Positions 14,574 through 28,028 of a DNA stretch of 56,100 nt are shown here, one piece after another; the stretch's first letter is position 1; each line of letters opens with the position of its first letter. Both the position numbers and the translations under genes were made by a program. The notes under the pieces are model-generated. The model was not told the origin of the DNA and did not search any database. It saw nothing but the letters and a program-made list of their open reading frames with translations. The stretch comes from Octopus bimaculoides (Eukaryota): assembly GCF_001194135.2 (NCBI RefSeq), contig NC_068991.1:4750515-4806614 (forward strand), written 5' to 3'.

Positions 14574-15201
14574 CATACATAGTTGAAATTTATAGAAAAA
14601 CACAAGACGAAGACAGGTATAAGTACAAGCAAGTACATTAGTTTGACGCTCGGGAAAATGAAAAAGTATTTTACGTTTCTAACCTGCGCTCTCCAACCGA
14701 AAGGAATAAGAGAAAATTAATAGGGAGACATTAAAAAAAGCTTGTAGTTTTCAGTAGCTCAGAATATATATTTGTTTCTCTTTCCTCTTTATGCATGTAT
14801 ATGTGCATATACATATATATTATTGAAGCCATGATAATGTGAATATTTCGTGAATGTGTGAAATAAGTTCTTTTGCAACGTTGGAATTCGTGGCATATAC
14901 GAAACTATAAATAATTGCGTGTATGTATCTGTCAGCCTTCGAATATGTATTTTCGTAAGCAGAAATTTGTATCCATGTTTCTTCTTCAGAAAATACATAT
15001 TCAAATAAGTAAGCCATAATATCATGAATAGCGAAAGCGAAACCGGTCGATATATTAAAAATTGTATTAAAACTATATAAAGTGTGTGAATTTTCCTTTT
15101 TTTTTTAATTTCTTACATATATATNNNNNNNNNNNNNNNNNNNNNNNNNNNNNNNNNNNNNNNNNNNNNNNNNNNNNNNNNNNNNNNNNNNNNNNNNNNN
15201 N

Positions 15202-15232
<31 letters not shown>

Positions 15233-15683
15233 ATATAGTTGTCAAAATGTTAGCTCACTGCCTATTTGATTTAGACGTCAACCTCGAATATACAAAAGAT
15301 GTTTAAAATACTTCTATTTGTGATTTCTTTCTATCGTAACATTTAATGTTCAATGCCACTTGAGAATTAATGTCGTCGGCTATACTCTATCCAGAATGTT
15401 TATGCTTTAAGTCATGTCTTCTTAAAGCTAATGACATGACATCCATTGCGATATCTGTGTGAAAATTGCGTTATCTTTTGTGTCGCCTTTATTCGTTTAA
15501 ATATTTCCAAAATGCAGTCTGAGACAACATTGTGGTGCACACCACTGTTAATTTCTGTGATGTATAGCCCATGGTAAAACAATTCATATCGTGTATTTCA
15601 ATATTTCTTTATTTGCTGTCTTGAAACATTTTATACATACATACAGATATACATACACACACACACACACACGCACACACACA

Positions 15684-15740
<57 letters not shown>

Positions 15741-16089
15741 GTGAGTAAAAATAAATACAAAAAAAGGGGTTTTGTATGATCGTGTATAGAGGAGTCATAC
15801 CGGCCATGATGAAATACCACAAGGTATAGAATATACGTATTCGCCTTTATATATCTTTATATATTTATATATTTAATCCTTTATATTGAACACTCAATGT
15901 TTCATATATTCAATAAGACATATTCCATATATTCAATAATACATTCAATACTTCATTTCATTGTATCGTCCATCTTTTTTTATATTATATATTATATATT
16001 CCATATTCTATATCCCATATAAATTTTAGAAGAATATAACTAAAAACATAAAAAACAGACAGAGTTGGAACTCTTTTAAATAAAATAAA

Positions 16090-16129
<40 letters not shown>

Positions 16130-16697
16130 ACATGCATCTATGTATGTATGTATCTATGTATGTATACACAAATATATATTCCTGCGATTTGCCTCCGCTC
16201 ATTCATTCTGTTGAATGACATCTTGTTAATTTATTTGAAGGAATTCACATTTTTTTGTTTCACTTTCTTTCCTCGACTAGAACTCTGATTTTTCTCTCCT
16301 TTCCTATGCTGTGGTATCTTTTTGTGAGATTTTAAACACGAAGAACAAACAGGTATTAAATTAAAAGCAGAAAAATAAAACTTGTTACGCCACGATTAAT
16401 TATCAAATATCAAATTGTTTCACTAATGTTAATGTTTTGCATTCGCGTTTTTTATTAGTTGATGAGTTCATCAAGACAGGCGTCTACGCGCATAGGAACA
16501 CACACAAACGCCAATGAGCATCGCTTTAAAGAAAATGAAGATTGTATACAATGATCATGATATATATCAGATATTTCCTGCGAATCCTTTAACGTAAATA
16601 TACGACAAATATACCAGCATTTTAAAAACCTTATTCGCACATTACGAACTCGTGGGTCAAGCCTATAATGCAGCACCGTCATATATGTGTGTGGTTC

Positions 16698-16728
<31 letters not shown>

Positions 16729-16898
16729 GTTCACTTCTCACTCTTTTTGTCTCACTTTAAATATATATATTAAATTGTGCTTTCATGTCGAAAAGAAGCG
16801 AGGAATAGAATTAAAGCAGAAGTGCTTTTATGGAAAGCAGAAGGCATATATTTATTTTTCAATACTTATTTTCCCCCCTGTGGGCAATAATGAATTAA

Positions 16899-17092
16899 GA
16901 AACGTTAACACGTCGTACGAAATGCTTAGCGGAATTTCGTCTGTCATTATATTCTGAGTTCAAATTTCAAAGGTCGACTTTGCTTTTCATCCTTTCGTGG
17001 TCAGTAAAATACGTACCCGTTGCCTCCTGGAACTGATCTAATCGACTGGCCCCCTCCTCCAAAATGTCGGGCCTTGTTCCTAGAGTAGAAAA
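16899..17092 (+). mobile_element. SINE family A, near full length
   Basis: aacgttaacacg..gaaatgcttagcgg.atttcgtctg...ttctgagttcaaatt...gtcgactttgc.tttcatcctttc...ctaatcgactggccccctcctccaaaat...ggccttgttcctag. Confidence 0.85.
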
Positions 17093-17521
17093 TAATATTA
17101 AAGCGTAAATTTGTTTTCTTTCTTCTGAGCAGAAGAAAATATTTTTGTCATGACATGTTGCTAGGTTTTTCTCATTGAAAGTTTCCGTGCATCTATTATA
17201 AGAATTTGCTATTGCAATCGAATAATATTTTTACATTCTTCAATAGCATCCGTTTAATCTGAAACAGATCTGGTTTGGGATTAACTGATTATAAGATTAC
17301 ACATTTGTGTATTAAATAGCCATTATATTAATTGCCATTACGACGTTTATTTGCATTTGGTCTCTCAAGTTAAATGGTCTTCAGCATNNNNNNNNNNNNN
17401 NNNNNNNNNNNNNNNNNNNNNNNNNNNNNNNNNNNNNNNNNNNNNNNNNNNNNNNNNNNNNNNNNNNNNNNNNNNNNNNNNNNNNNNNNNNNNNNNNNNN
17501 NNNNNNNNNNNTATATATATT

Positions 17522-17552
<31 letters not shown>

Positions 17553-17802
17553 ATGTATGTATGTATGTATGTATGTATGCACGCACTGGAACACATCGAT
17601 TGTTTCTTAAGTATTAGATCCTGTAATGCATGCGTTTGGGGACGATTCTCTGTTGACCCTCTCATAAAATTGAATTCCCCAATGACGTTTAGTAATCTGA
17701 AGAAGATTTATATCGACAACACCATACCAGTCCTTGTGGCATGTTGCTAAAGTATTGATGAAAATAACATTTCGGCGATAAATATCACTTATTAGAAATA
17801 CT

Positions 17803-17925
17803 GACGCATTGTGTCCTTGCGCAAAATACTTTATTTCACGTTGCTCCAGTCCACTCAACTGTCAAAAATGAGTTGTACCTGTATTTCAAAGGACCGGCCT
17901 TGTCAGACTCTGTCGTAATGTCGAA
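17803..17925 (+). mobile_element. SINE family B fragment (central domain plus a variant tail)
   Basis: tgtgtccttgcgcaaaatactttatttcacgttgctccagtccactcaactg..aaatgagttg is the reverse complement of the core at 46710-46775. Confidence 0.65.
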
Positions 17926-17927
17926 TG

Positions 17928-18070
17928 AATCGACCCCAGTACGTTTATTAAAGCCTGGTATGTATTCTAACGATTGTTTTGTCGAATCGCTAAGTTACGG
18001 GGCCGTAAACACACTAACACTGGTTGTCAAGTGGTGGCTGGGACAAAGACATACACAAAGACACATACAC
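17928..18070 (-). mobile_element. SINE family C fragment (3' part)
   Basis: aaagcctgg.a..tattcta...ttttg.cgaa.cgctaagttac.g...ggttgtcaagtggtg.tggg matches 26345-26440. Confidence 0.7.
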
Positions 18071-18353
18071 ATAAAAATATACATAGGGATATTTATATAT
18101 AACAAAAATACGGAGAGAGAAACCACAGTTCTATATTTAAGTCTAACTGAAATAAGTAAAAGATAAAAGAATGTATATATATATATATATATACATACAT
18201 ATATATAATTATATGTATTTATTTTCTCCTAACTATGAATAATTCGGATAAAATAAATGGGTTAATAGATACCAGGGTAGCAAAGATCACAAAATAACTG
18301 TGGTGTAACTCCTGTTTGTGAGGCAGAAACTCCTTGATATGTTGGGTATTTGA

Positions 18354-18691
18354 GTATATATAAATTTAAAGAATGGAGTAAACGCATGTTATAACTGCAT
18401 ACTTTTATTCCGACATATGTTTCGAAGAATTACAATTTATGCGATCCATAGGAATCGGCGATGTTAAAAATGTAAACTTCTCCTCAGAGAAATGTATGGG
18501 AACCAGCTTAAAAGTAAGACATTATAATCGAGTATCATACATTTCCCATACATTTCCCTGAGGAGAAGTTTACATTTTTAACATCGCCGATTCCTATCGA
18601 TCGCATAAATTTTAATTCTTCGAAACATATGTCGGAATAAAAGTATACAGTTATAACATGCGTTTACTCCATTCTTTAAATTTATATATAC
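18354..18691. repeat. Long inverted repeat: 149-bp arms (18354-18502 and 18543-18691), 40-bp spacer
   Basis: Manual alignment of the arms shows 4 substitutions in 149 bp and no indels. Confidence 0.95.
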
Positions 18692-20131
18692 ATGAGCGTC
18701 ATACTAATATATACTTTTGTTATTTACACCACCTGTCCTCGTCTGTTGTTATTTTTTGTATATTCTCCCATATATATATATATATTCATAACCTTCGATA
18801 TTCAAATTAAGTATGTTCACATACTCTGTATTCCCTGTGGAGCAAAATATAAGCACCTGCAACCTGCATATCGGACAATAAATGTGGGATCGACCCAGTG
18901 GTCGACACGTAAATTCCAAACATGTAACTATTGATTTTTACGGTAATAGATAAAACATATCACATATTTCAATCTGGATTACTTTATATACACAGGAAAC
19001 AATTATTAACTTGTTTTGTGACGGTATACGAGACATATTTGCAAATATTAAAAAATAAAACACCGCCACCTAGTTTTGAATAACCGTTGAAATTACTGGT
19101 CTTCTCACAATGTTATTAATTATGTTTAAAAAATGTCATGTATCGCAAATATTCTCAAACTATATTTCTCTCACAATGCTTATTTAAATGAATATTTCTA
19201 TCTAAAGTAAAGCTATATAAGATTTAAGGTAGACAATTTCATCATAAGCTTCCTGTCACACAAGATAATACTTGACTTCATTGGAATCCAAGAAGCAGAT
19301 GTTCCATTATGACCAAACTCATTATTCTAGTGAATTTGCGTCTACTTAACAGTTATTGAGTTCCACTGTCTGCCTGAGTTCCCGCAGGATAGACATTTCT
19401 CAACACCCGTGGCAGTGAAGTTCTTATGGAAACAAGACATTATCAACAAATTTTCTGACCTTCTTTGTATATCTCATAAATTATGAACTCTATAAGACAT
19501 CATCATATGCCAAATGAAGTGAATATTGAGAAAACTTAATTCAATTATGTCTGTAAATTGGTATTCTTCACGTGACTCTCCTAAGGCATGAACTACACAG
19601 CATCTCCTCCATATTATATGGCAAATCTCACATATATTCACTAGTAATTGCTTGCTTATATAGAAATGTGACAGAGATGGAAGAATAATTTTAGTATTGA
19701 ATTTCTGATTTTGTTTTCAGTTCAGATTGCACAGGGGTCGAACGTGAATTGCTTCTCCTGGAGCATTCTAAAATAAATACAAACTAATATTCTTTTTATT
19801 GCTTTTAGAACTAAGCCCAACCTGTCTTCGTTTCGTCACTCTAACCGTCTACTACAAAGCAACAGAAATTTTTGTGTAGTTCTATGAGACATTGATGTAA
19901 ATCATTTTCCATCTATTTCGTCCAAATCAAAGAACATATACAGGTTTTTGTTTTGCTTCGTAACGAAGTGACGTTCGTACGATAGAGGCATTTTAAAAAT
20001 AGATACTAATGTTGATTTTGTTTAGTAAAACTTACATGACCGTGCCTCATTATTGTTGCGGCCCAGTCACTGAAACTAGCATAGACGCAATATGCTCATC
20101 ATTTGTAAGACAATTTAGTTTACCTCTTTCA

Positions 20132-20351
20132 AAGTCGGCGAGCTGGCAGAAACGTTAGCACGACGTTTTGGGGTGAAGGGTCCAGTCTATTAGATCGACC
20201 TCAGTATGAAACAGGTACTGAATTTATCGACCTCGAAAGGAGGAAAGGCAAAGTTGACCTCGAAGGAATTTGAACTCAGAACGTAAAGACAGACGAAATA
20301 TCGCTAAGCATTTCGCCCAGCCTGCTAACGTTTCTGCCAGCTCACCGCCTT
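20132..20351 (-). mobile_element. SINE family A copy (about 20165-20351, minus) preceded by an inverted 29-bp copy of its own head (20132-20160)
   Basis: aagtcggcgagctggcagaaacgttagca pairs with tgctaacgtttctgccagctcaccgcctt (20323-20351) with 2 mismatches. The body matches 53540-53730. Confidence 0.88.
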
Positions 20352-21384
20352 GATTTTATTAATCACAAACATAGCCCACTTGAGTATTATGTTACTGATA
20401 ACCAGCCAGTCACAATATAATAATAATAATATAGAAAAAGTAAAATAATGATAGTGTGTTGTATTAGTTACTTGGCGTATTTTAATACAGAAATAGTATT
20501 GGCGGAGTAAGTTTGCATCACCATCTCATCATCTTGCTACAATGATGCGCCTCGTCTGTTTACTTTTACTGCATGTCACGCTACTATCTTAATGGCCTTT
20601 TTCTTTTTATTTAATTGCTTTTAATACTCTAAATTATATTTCTAAGCGAAAGTAAAGGTAAGAGAGAAAATTTTCTAATCTAGTATACCATTTCATGTAG
20701 AATATAACATTTTTGTAACTTCATTTTCTTTCATATAATTAACTGAAAACTAATCTAGCTATGCCATAAGCTTGCACAGAAATACCATACTTACTAAGTA
20801 CATGGAAAAAGAAAAAAAATATCTTCATGACTTTATATAGTTATTATTTATGATTAGGTAGAAGAAAAAATAAGCAAGACCGCCATAGAGAATTTTGATC
20901 GAAATCTCATTATGAATTTTAAAAAAGTGAAGTGTATTTATTCATATATTTTCAGTTCTAAGTTTTCCTTCGTAAGTTTTCCACAATTTTTATCTGTGTA
21001 TGTTCGAGTTCGTGGTGTTGTGTGTATGTTGTGTGAATGTAAAATTTATATTTTCATTTGTGTATTTAAGCATGTGACGGTTGTATATGTCTATGTAATG
21101 CTGAAATAGATCATGGATAATTTGATTTCGAGACATGCGTGCGCACGGACATACACACAGACACATGCGCACACGCGTGGATATTTTTAAGGTCATGGAT
21201 TTCAAAATTCTTCGTTATTAAATGCCATTCTTCTCAGGTTGTGCGTTTCGTTTTGTCAATGAGATATAAAATTATTTGATAACAAACAGAAAGCGACAAA
21301 TGAAATAATACAAATAATGTTTAAAGCTCCCATGAAAGTATGTTTGTGCACGAATAGATCGAAAATGATTTATTATTATTATAG

Positions 21385-21528
21385 CTGAGTCAGCAAACGG
21401 GTGTGTGACATACCTATGCACCACAAGACTAATGAGAGCAATTAGATTCATCACTGACACTAGTAAGTTGACATCTGAAACAAACATTTTAGAATTATGG
21501 GGAACCGAGAGAATTGGCGACCTCGGTG
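21385..21528 (+). CDS. Candidate symmetric (phase 1-1) exon, unknown product (ESANGCVTYLCTTRLMRAIRFITDTSKLTSETNILELWGTERIGDLG)
   Basis: tttattattattatag acceptor. Only one frame is open from it. Strong donors occur after 21462 (gtaagt) and 21528 (gtaaga), giving 78 or 144 nt. No recognised homology. Confidence 0.22.
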
Positions 21529-21576
21529 GTAAGACGAGAGAATATTTTGCTTGTTGAGTGATCACGTTGGAGAGGT

Positions 21577-21794
21577 AGTGGGTCGTCCGGAAAGTTCGGG
21601 CCGATTTATAGTAGCTTACCTTTCGACTTATTTGCTATGAAACCACCTCAATTTTGGGAAGAGGGTATTTTCAAGTTAAAGGAAAGATGGAGACCCATTG
21701 TGCCACAAAATGGTTCATATTTGGTTGGTTAAAAGTATTTATTGACCTTTTGCTTTCCTTTAGAAATCGGCACGAACTTTCCGAAGGACCCAAT
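21577..21794 (+). mobile_element. Internally deleted mariner (Tc1/mariner) element retaining the transposase C-terminus
   Basis: About 31-bp TIRs (tgggtcgtccggaaagttcgggccgattt / aaatcggcacgaactttccgaaggaccca) with TA at the left end. 21622-21732 reads FDLFAMKPPQFWEEGIFKLKERWRPIVPQNGSYLVG*, resembling the mariner C-terminal F..GI.KL.ERW......NG.Y motif. Confidence 0.85.
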
Positions 21795-23607
21795 GCATTA
21801 GAAGATAAGATCTGAAGAGAAAAGTGCGTGTCAGTAGCTGTGTGCGGGTGTGATATGAACCTACTTCTTCTGGGGGACAAATACTATGATAGTAGAGGTG
21901 GATAACACGAAGCGAGGATAGAGCAGTAGAGTGAAAGTGTCGCACATGTGTCTTTGGCAAACAGTTGAAGATTTCTTTGAAATGGAATGTTCATGTGATA
22001 TATGAGAACAGAGATCCATACCCGATCCTCAATTATTCAAAATAAATATTATCAGTTGGTGTTGCGCATAAAAGTTAGTTTGTGTGATGAAGTTTTAGCT
22101 TGACTGCGAATGTTGGTCACGACGACAAGGGATCCAGTTAATCCGATCGACAGAACAGCCTGTTCGTGAAATTTAACGTCCTGTATATATATATATATAT
22201 ATATNNNNNNNNNNNNNNNNNNNNNNNNNNNNNNNNNNNNNNNNNNNNNNNNNNNNNNNNNNNNNNNNNNNNNNNNNNNNNNNNNNNNNNNNNNNNNNNN
22301 NNNNNNNNNNNNNNNNNNNNNNNNNNNNNNNNNNNNNNNNNNNNNNNNNNNNNNNNATATATATACACGACGGCCTTCTTAAGTATTTGCATATAAATTG
22401 TTATCTATACACATATATGTGTACAATGGTAATTACGTATATACTTAGTTTGGAAGAGAATATTTACAGACAACTGCTTGTCTTTAAATATATAAATTCT
22501 GTATTCATATTATATAATTTTCAGATGTACTCGAATATGTTGCTGCTTCTCGCTCATCATGAAAACCTGGGCTTCTCAATCAAACAAAGTAATCAACTAA
22601 CACACACCTGACAAATACTTTACAAGGCAAATATATAACTTTTTACCGTTTTTTTTTTGTTGTTGTATAAATTTAAGGAATGGCACTTTGTTTTGGTGTG
22701 ATTTTGTGAAAAATACATTCGCTATTTATTAGATGGTATTCAAATTATTTGAAAATAAATATAACATCTAGGCTTACATGCATAAATACATAAAGCCGTA
22801 CGTTCCTAAACACAAACAATTTTAAATATGATAAATATGATTAAAAAAAACGAAATCTGAAAATTTGACAAATAGTAAAGCAAATCATCTTAGGGACGAA
22901 TCACAAATAATATGACCCTAATGTAAGGATGTTGAAATAAAAAGAGCATATCTACTGAAAGCTAAAACGTTAGAGTCAAATTCGGTAAAAATTGTAAGTT
23001 GAATAAATGTGTAGATATATAATCAGTGGCCTCGTCTTCATTTGATTTCTAATCTTATTTGACATATATGCATATTGTAGTGGAAAACAGAACCGAGAGG
23101 ATGAAAAATCCAAAGAACTACACCCACATGCAAAAGCATGATGTTTCATAAATGGACGTACTTTGTAAGATGTGAATCATGTCATGACAAGTTCGTTAGA
23201 AATGTCAACGTGTCATTAACTTTATAGCAGTGATATGACATTAGAGAAACGATATATAATGCAATTAATATAGAAGACAGTGCACAAAAGAGATCGACAT
23301 CTTAAAACATGATTTTTACATATGTAAAATACAACCACACATTCGCTTATGCACCTACACATGCAAACGTATATATTTCTATACAAAGGCATTTACTCAC
23401 ATGCACTCATATATACGCACACGCACACACACTCATACACATACGCATGTACTTACGTAGACAAACAGACACACATTGATATATAATTATACAAACAACC
23501 GTCATTATACAGACCGAAATATATATACAAACATACGTATGCAACTGTGAAATATAGTAATGTCGTCTTTCAATCAGATGAAGAATTTTCACAAACACAC
23601 AAATATA

Positions 23608-23770
<163 letters not shown>

Positions 23771-24637
23771 AATATGTGAGTTATGTGTTTAAGGAATCTA
23801 ATGCTCTTAGCTTAGTTTATCCTTGAGGCTGGACAGATTGGAGCAATCTCTAGTATAGCCAGCCAAATTGCAAAGATAATCTGGAATTCGATTGAAGAAA
23901 GAAAACTCCGAATGATCCGTCCTTGTTTTCTTTGTATCGTCTATCTGGATTCTTTGTTGTCCCTTTTTTGTATCACCTAAATGCCTGAATGTTTTGCGTT
24001 CTTCTCCCGTTTTGTATTTCAAATCCGTATTCATGGAAGAAGACATTTGCTTATGATATAATTCAGTAACTCGATCGCTAAACCACTGAGTTTCAAACAC
24101 AAAAGTTTGTAACTACACTTCTTATCTCGTCTTAAAATGCCTCGTCATGTTAAATCTTACAAAGCTTACATAAACACCTCAAATACTGAGAAATTAGAGG
24201 AAAATTTCTAAATATTCATCTCAAAAATTAACACAAACGCTTTCCCGGTTTAATTAATTTAAATGTTGAGTTGACTCCTCAACTATGTGAAGATATCTGA
24301 TTTAAATATTTTTTTGGCTCTTATATCAATTCAAATCGCTATTAGGAAAGCTGTGATTGCACTTTTAAGTACCTAATGTTCGACGCTTATTTAAAAAAAT
24401 TATTATTATTTTACTCATTATTTGCTAATTTACTAGCAAGTAATTATTTAGCAATTTACGATTTTAGTAATTTGAATGATTTTTCTTTTCCTTACCAATT
24501 AATTATTGTGGATTCTTATCTTGGCACCGACGATTACTTCAGCAGATTTAAGTATTTCAACGTCCATCAGCAAGATTCTATTTTTTTTTACGTTATCTCG
24601 CTTTCTAAATCTCTCACACATTCTATCTCGTTAATTC

Positions 24638-24688
<51 letters not shown>

Positions 24689-25189
24689 NNNNNNNNNNNN
24701 NNNNNNNNNNNNNNNNNNNNNNNNNNNNNNNNNNNNNNNNNNNNNNNNNNNNNNNNNNNNNNNNNNNNNNNNNNNNNNNNNNNNNNNNNNNNNNNNNNNN
24801 NNNNNNNNNNNNNNNNNNNNNNNNNNNNNNNNNNNNNNNNNNNNNNNNNNNNNNNNNNNNNNNNNNNNNNNNNNNNNNNNNNNNNNNNNNNNNNNNNNNN
24901 NNNNNNNNNNNNNNNNNNNNNNNNNNNNNNNNNNNNNNNNNNNNNNNNNNNNNNNNNNNNNNNNNNNNNNNNNNNATATATATATATATATATACACGCA
25001 TTTATATATATATATATATATAATCCAGTATATTTAGTGAAGCCTTCATTACAATATTCAAACATACAAATAAGATTGATATGTGTGTAGAGTTGCCAAA
25101 TAAAACAGCATTAACATTTTATTTTCTGTTTCTCTCTCTACGTAAGTATTTGTTGTTAGATAAGATATATTCTAGCCTGTAAAGTTGGG

Positions 25190-25381
25190 AATCAATTTCA
25201 GGAAAGGGGTCCAAGTCGATTAAATCAACTCCAATACAGAGCTGGTATTTATTTTATCGACTCTGAAAAGATGGAATGCTGTGTCGACTTCGGTTTGAAT
25301 TTGAACACAAAACGTAATGATGGACGGAAAAAGGCTGAGCGTTTTTCCCGGCATGTTAACGAGTCTACCAGTTCTCCGCCT
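25190..25381 (-). mobile_element. SINE family A, diverged full-length copy
   Basis: gtcgattaaatcaactccaatac...ctggtatttattttatcgactctgaaaagatg...gtcgacttcgg..tgaatttgaacacaaaacgtaa...cccggcatgttaacga.tctaccagttc.ccgcct. Confidence 0.75.
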
Positions 25382-26247
25382 CTCATCCACGAAAGGTATT
25401 AACTCTTATATAATATCCTTATTTACTCTGTGTACAGTAGATACCTCCTTTATTTTTTACGATCTAAGGTGTTACATCATCTAAATATTTCGTCACAACG
25501 ATTGGTCTTCTGCTAAACTCAACAAGGTCAACTTTTCTTTTCATTCCTTTGGCATGGTGAAATAAAGTATGAGCTATGTTCCGCGATCGATATAATCAAA
25601 TATAACCTATTATCCATATCAAATTTGAAACAGTGTGCTTATTCTAGCAACAGCTATTTATACGTTTTCAAGTAGATATCATTAACCTGCCCGTCGTATC
25701 TTTTGATAAATAGATATACATGTTTGTATTCGAAGTATTCACATGGCAGATTGCTCAAAGCTAAATATATTTCATGTAATAATATTTCGTACAATAAATA
25801 TATATTGTTGGTGAGCAGTGATTATAATGGACGCAGTAATACAGTAGATTGCTCAGATAATCGGAATCAGGTATTTGCAACAACAGATTACTTCTGAAAC
25901 GGATTACAATTTGTATTCTCCCATTACAAGCATTGCCAAGCGAAGTCTTGCCATGATGGTAAGTAATCACATGTAGGCTTTTACCTTTTTATAATTGAAT
26001 TAAAGCACCAACTGACAACTTATAACACGTCAATTATTTGAATTTTATTATTGTACTTCGGAAATCATAAAGTATACAAGGTCGCTGTTGCAAAGCCTCT
26101 CTGCGGATGTTTTACAAAATCCACTTTTACTATATTCTCTCACTCGAGTATAGTTTTATTTTTACAATCTTTAATGCTAGACTTCATATGTTTATTGCCT
26201 AATCGGGCTGACCCAAAGTTAAGCCTCAACGGAGACGAGATTTTTTT

Positions 26248-26749
26248 ATCGTTTATATTTCACTTGTTTCGATTCTTAAGACTACGGCTATGCCGGGCAA
26301 CTTTACTCGAACGACTCCGCCCTAGTACTTACGTATGTTTTGAAAGCCTGGAACTCATTCTATGGGTTTCTTTTGCCGAACTGCTAAGTTACAGAGTGAG
26401 ACACGTATCAATACAAGTTGTCAAGTGGTGATGGGGAACTACTAAACACAAATACACACACACACCCGTATATGTGAAGGTTACGACCAGCCATTTTTGT
26501 GATAGATCTTACTTTTTCTTTTTCAAGCGATGCCTGTGCATAATGAATTTTTCAAGTGGGGTAAGAAATACATATTTATATGACGGGTTTCTTTTAGTTT
26601 CTGTCTTCCAAACCTATTCTCAAGGTTTTGGGCCGGTCGAAATTTATAATAGATGACAGTTACCGAACGTCCCATGCACGCAGCGAGACTGAGCTCAGAA
26701 TCATGTGATAGAGATGTGAACTTCTTACCACAATGTCACATCTACGCCT
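26248..26749 (-). mobile_element. SINE family C, near full-length diverged copy with an internal (CA)-rich tract
   Basis: The 3' half matches 17928-18070 and the 5' half (26575-26749) matches 44688-44817. Confidence 0.7.
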
Positions 26750-27780
26750 GAGAAGAAGCCAGCGAGAAATGCACTTAATCATAAAGAAAGAAATGTGTTG
26801 GCAACGACCTTCATTGAAAACGATAGCTGCCGCATTCTCCGTTGAAGAAATTTCTAAATTACCAAGTTAGACATTCGCACCGTCTAAGATACGCAAACAA
26901 AAATATTATATGATTTAAATCTCCGGCATTTCGGCTTTGGTAGTAAAGCTACTTACGGCGTCTAGGTGGTTAGACACTATATAGAAAGTGGTGAGAGTCT
27001 AATGACCACGGGACTAATGGGAAAAGATAAAATCATAAGCTGTTTCAATGTACGAGCAGAGAAGACAAAAATAAACCATAAAAATTACAATCGTAAATAG
27101 CAGGACATTCATTTCTCCCTCGGCTGGACCCATAAACGCGACGGTTATGTAAATATATCTCTGCGTATGAGAGCTTGTACGTGTGCATTCGTATCTAAAT
27201 GTTGGTTCTTGTGTATATATGCGTTTGTGCGAATGTATGTGTGTGTGTCTTTGTGTCTATGAGTGAGTGTATATTTTAGTGCATTATTGATTGCTATATA
27301 GGTGTAAAAAAAATAACGTTCACTAGGTGAGCGCAGATATAGTATAAATGTGTGTGTTTGTGTGTTTGAGAGTATGTCCATGTATGTATACAATATATGT
27401 CTGTCTGAGTGAGTTTGTACGTTTGGAAGTGTGCGGAAGAGTGTATACATAATTCTGTATGAAACAGTGAAACGTAAATGAAATTCTAAAACTGGATTGT
27501 TTATGATTATTTATGGTTGTTTATGATATCACTTAAGGAAAACAACGCAGAGTTTTGGTGTCTCTTTACAGTAGATAGCTTGAGAAAATATAAACACAAC
27601 GTATAAATATATATAGATATGTGTGCGTTTGTGTGTTTGCATGTGTGTATGTATGTGTTATGCATACATACATATACAAATACATATACATAAAGGCACA
27701 CAAGAAAAATAGACACACATGGTTATCTAATAAACAGCTTCTCTCTATATTGGAATAAACACAATTCTTTTCTATTTCTG

Positions 27781-27870
<90 letters not shown>

Positions 27871-27984
27871 AAGAGAGAGAGAGGCAGAGAGAGACAGAAA
27901 GAGACAAAAATAGATAAATAGATAGCCATAGAGACAGACAGATAGACAGACAGACAGACAGACAGATATATAGATAGATGAATG

Positions 27985-28028
<44 letters not shown>

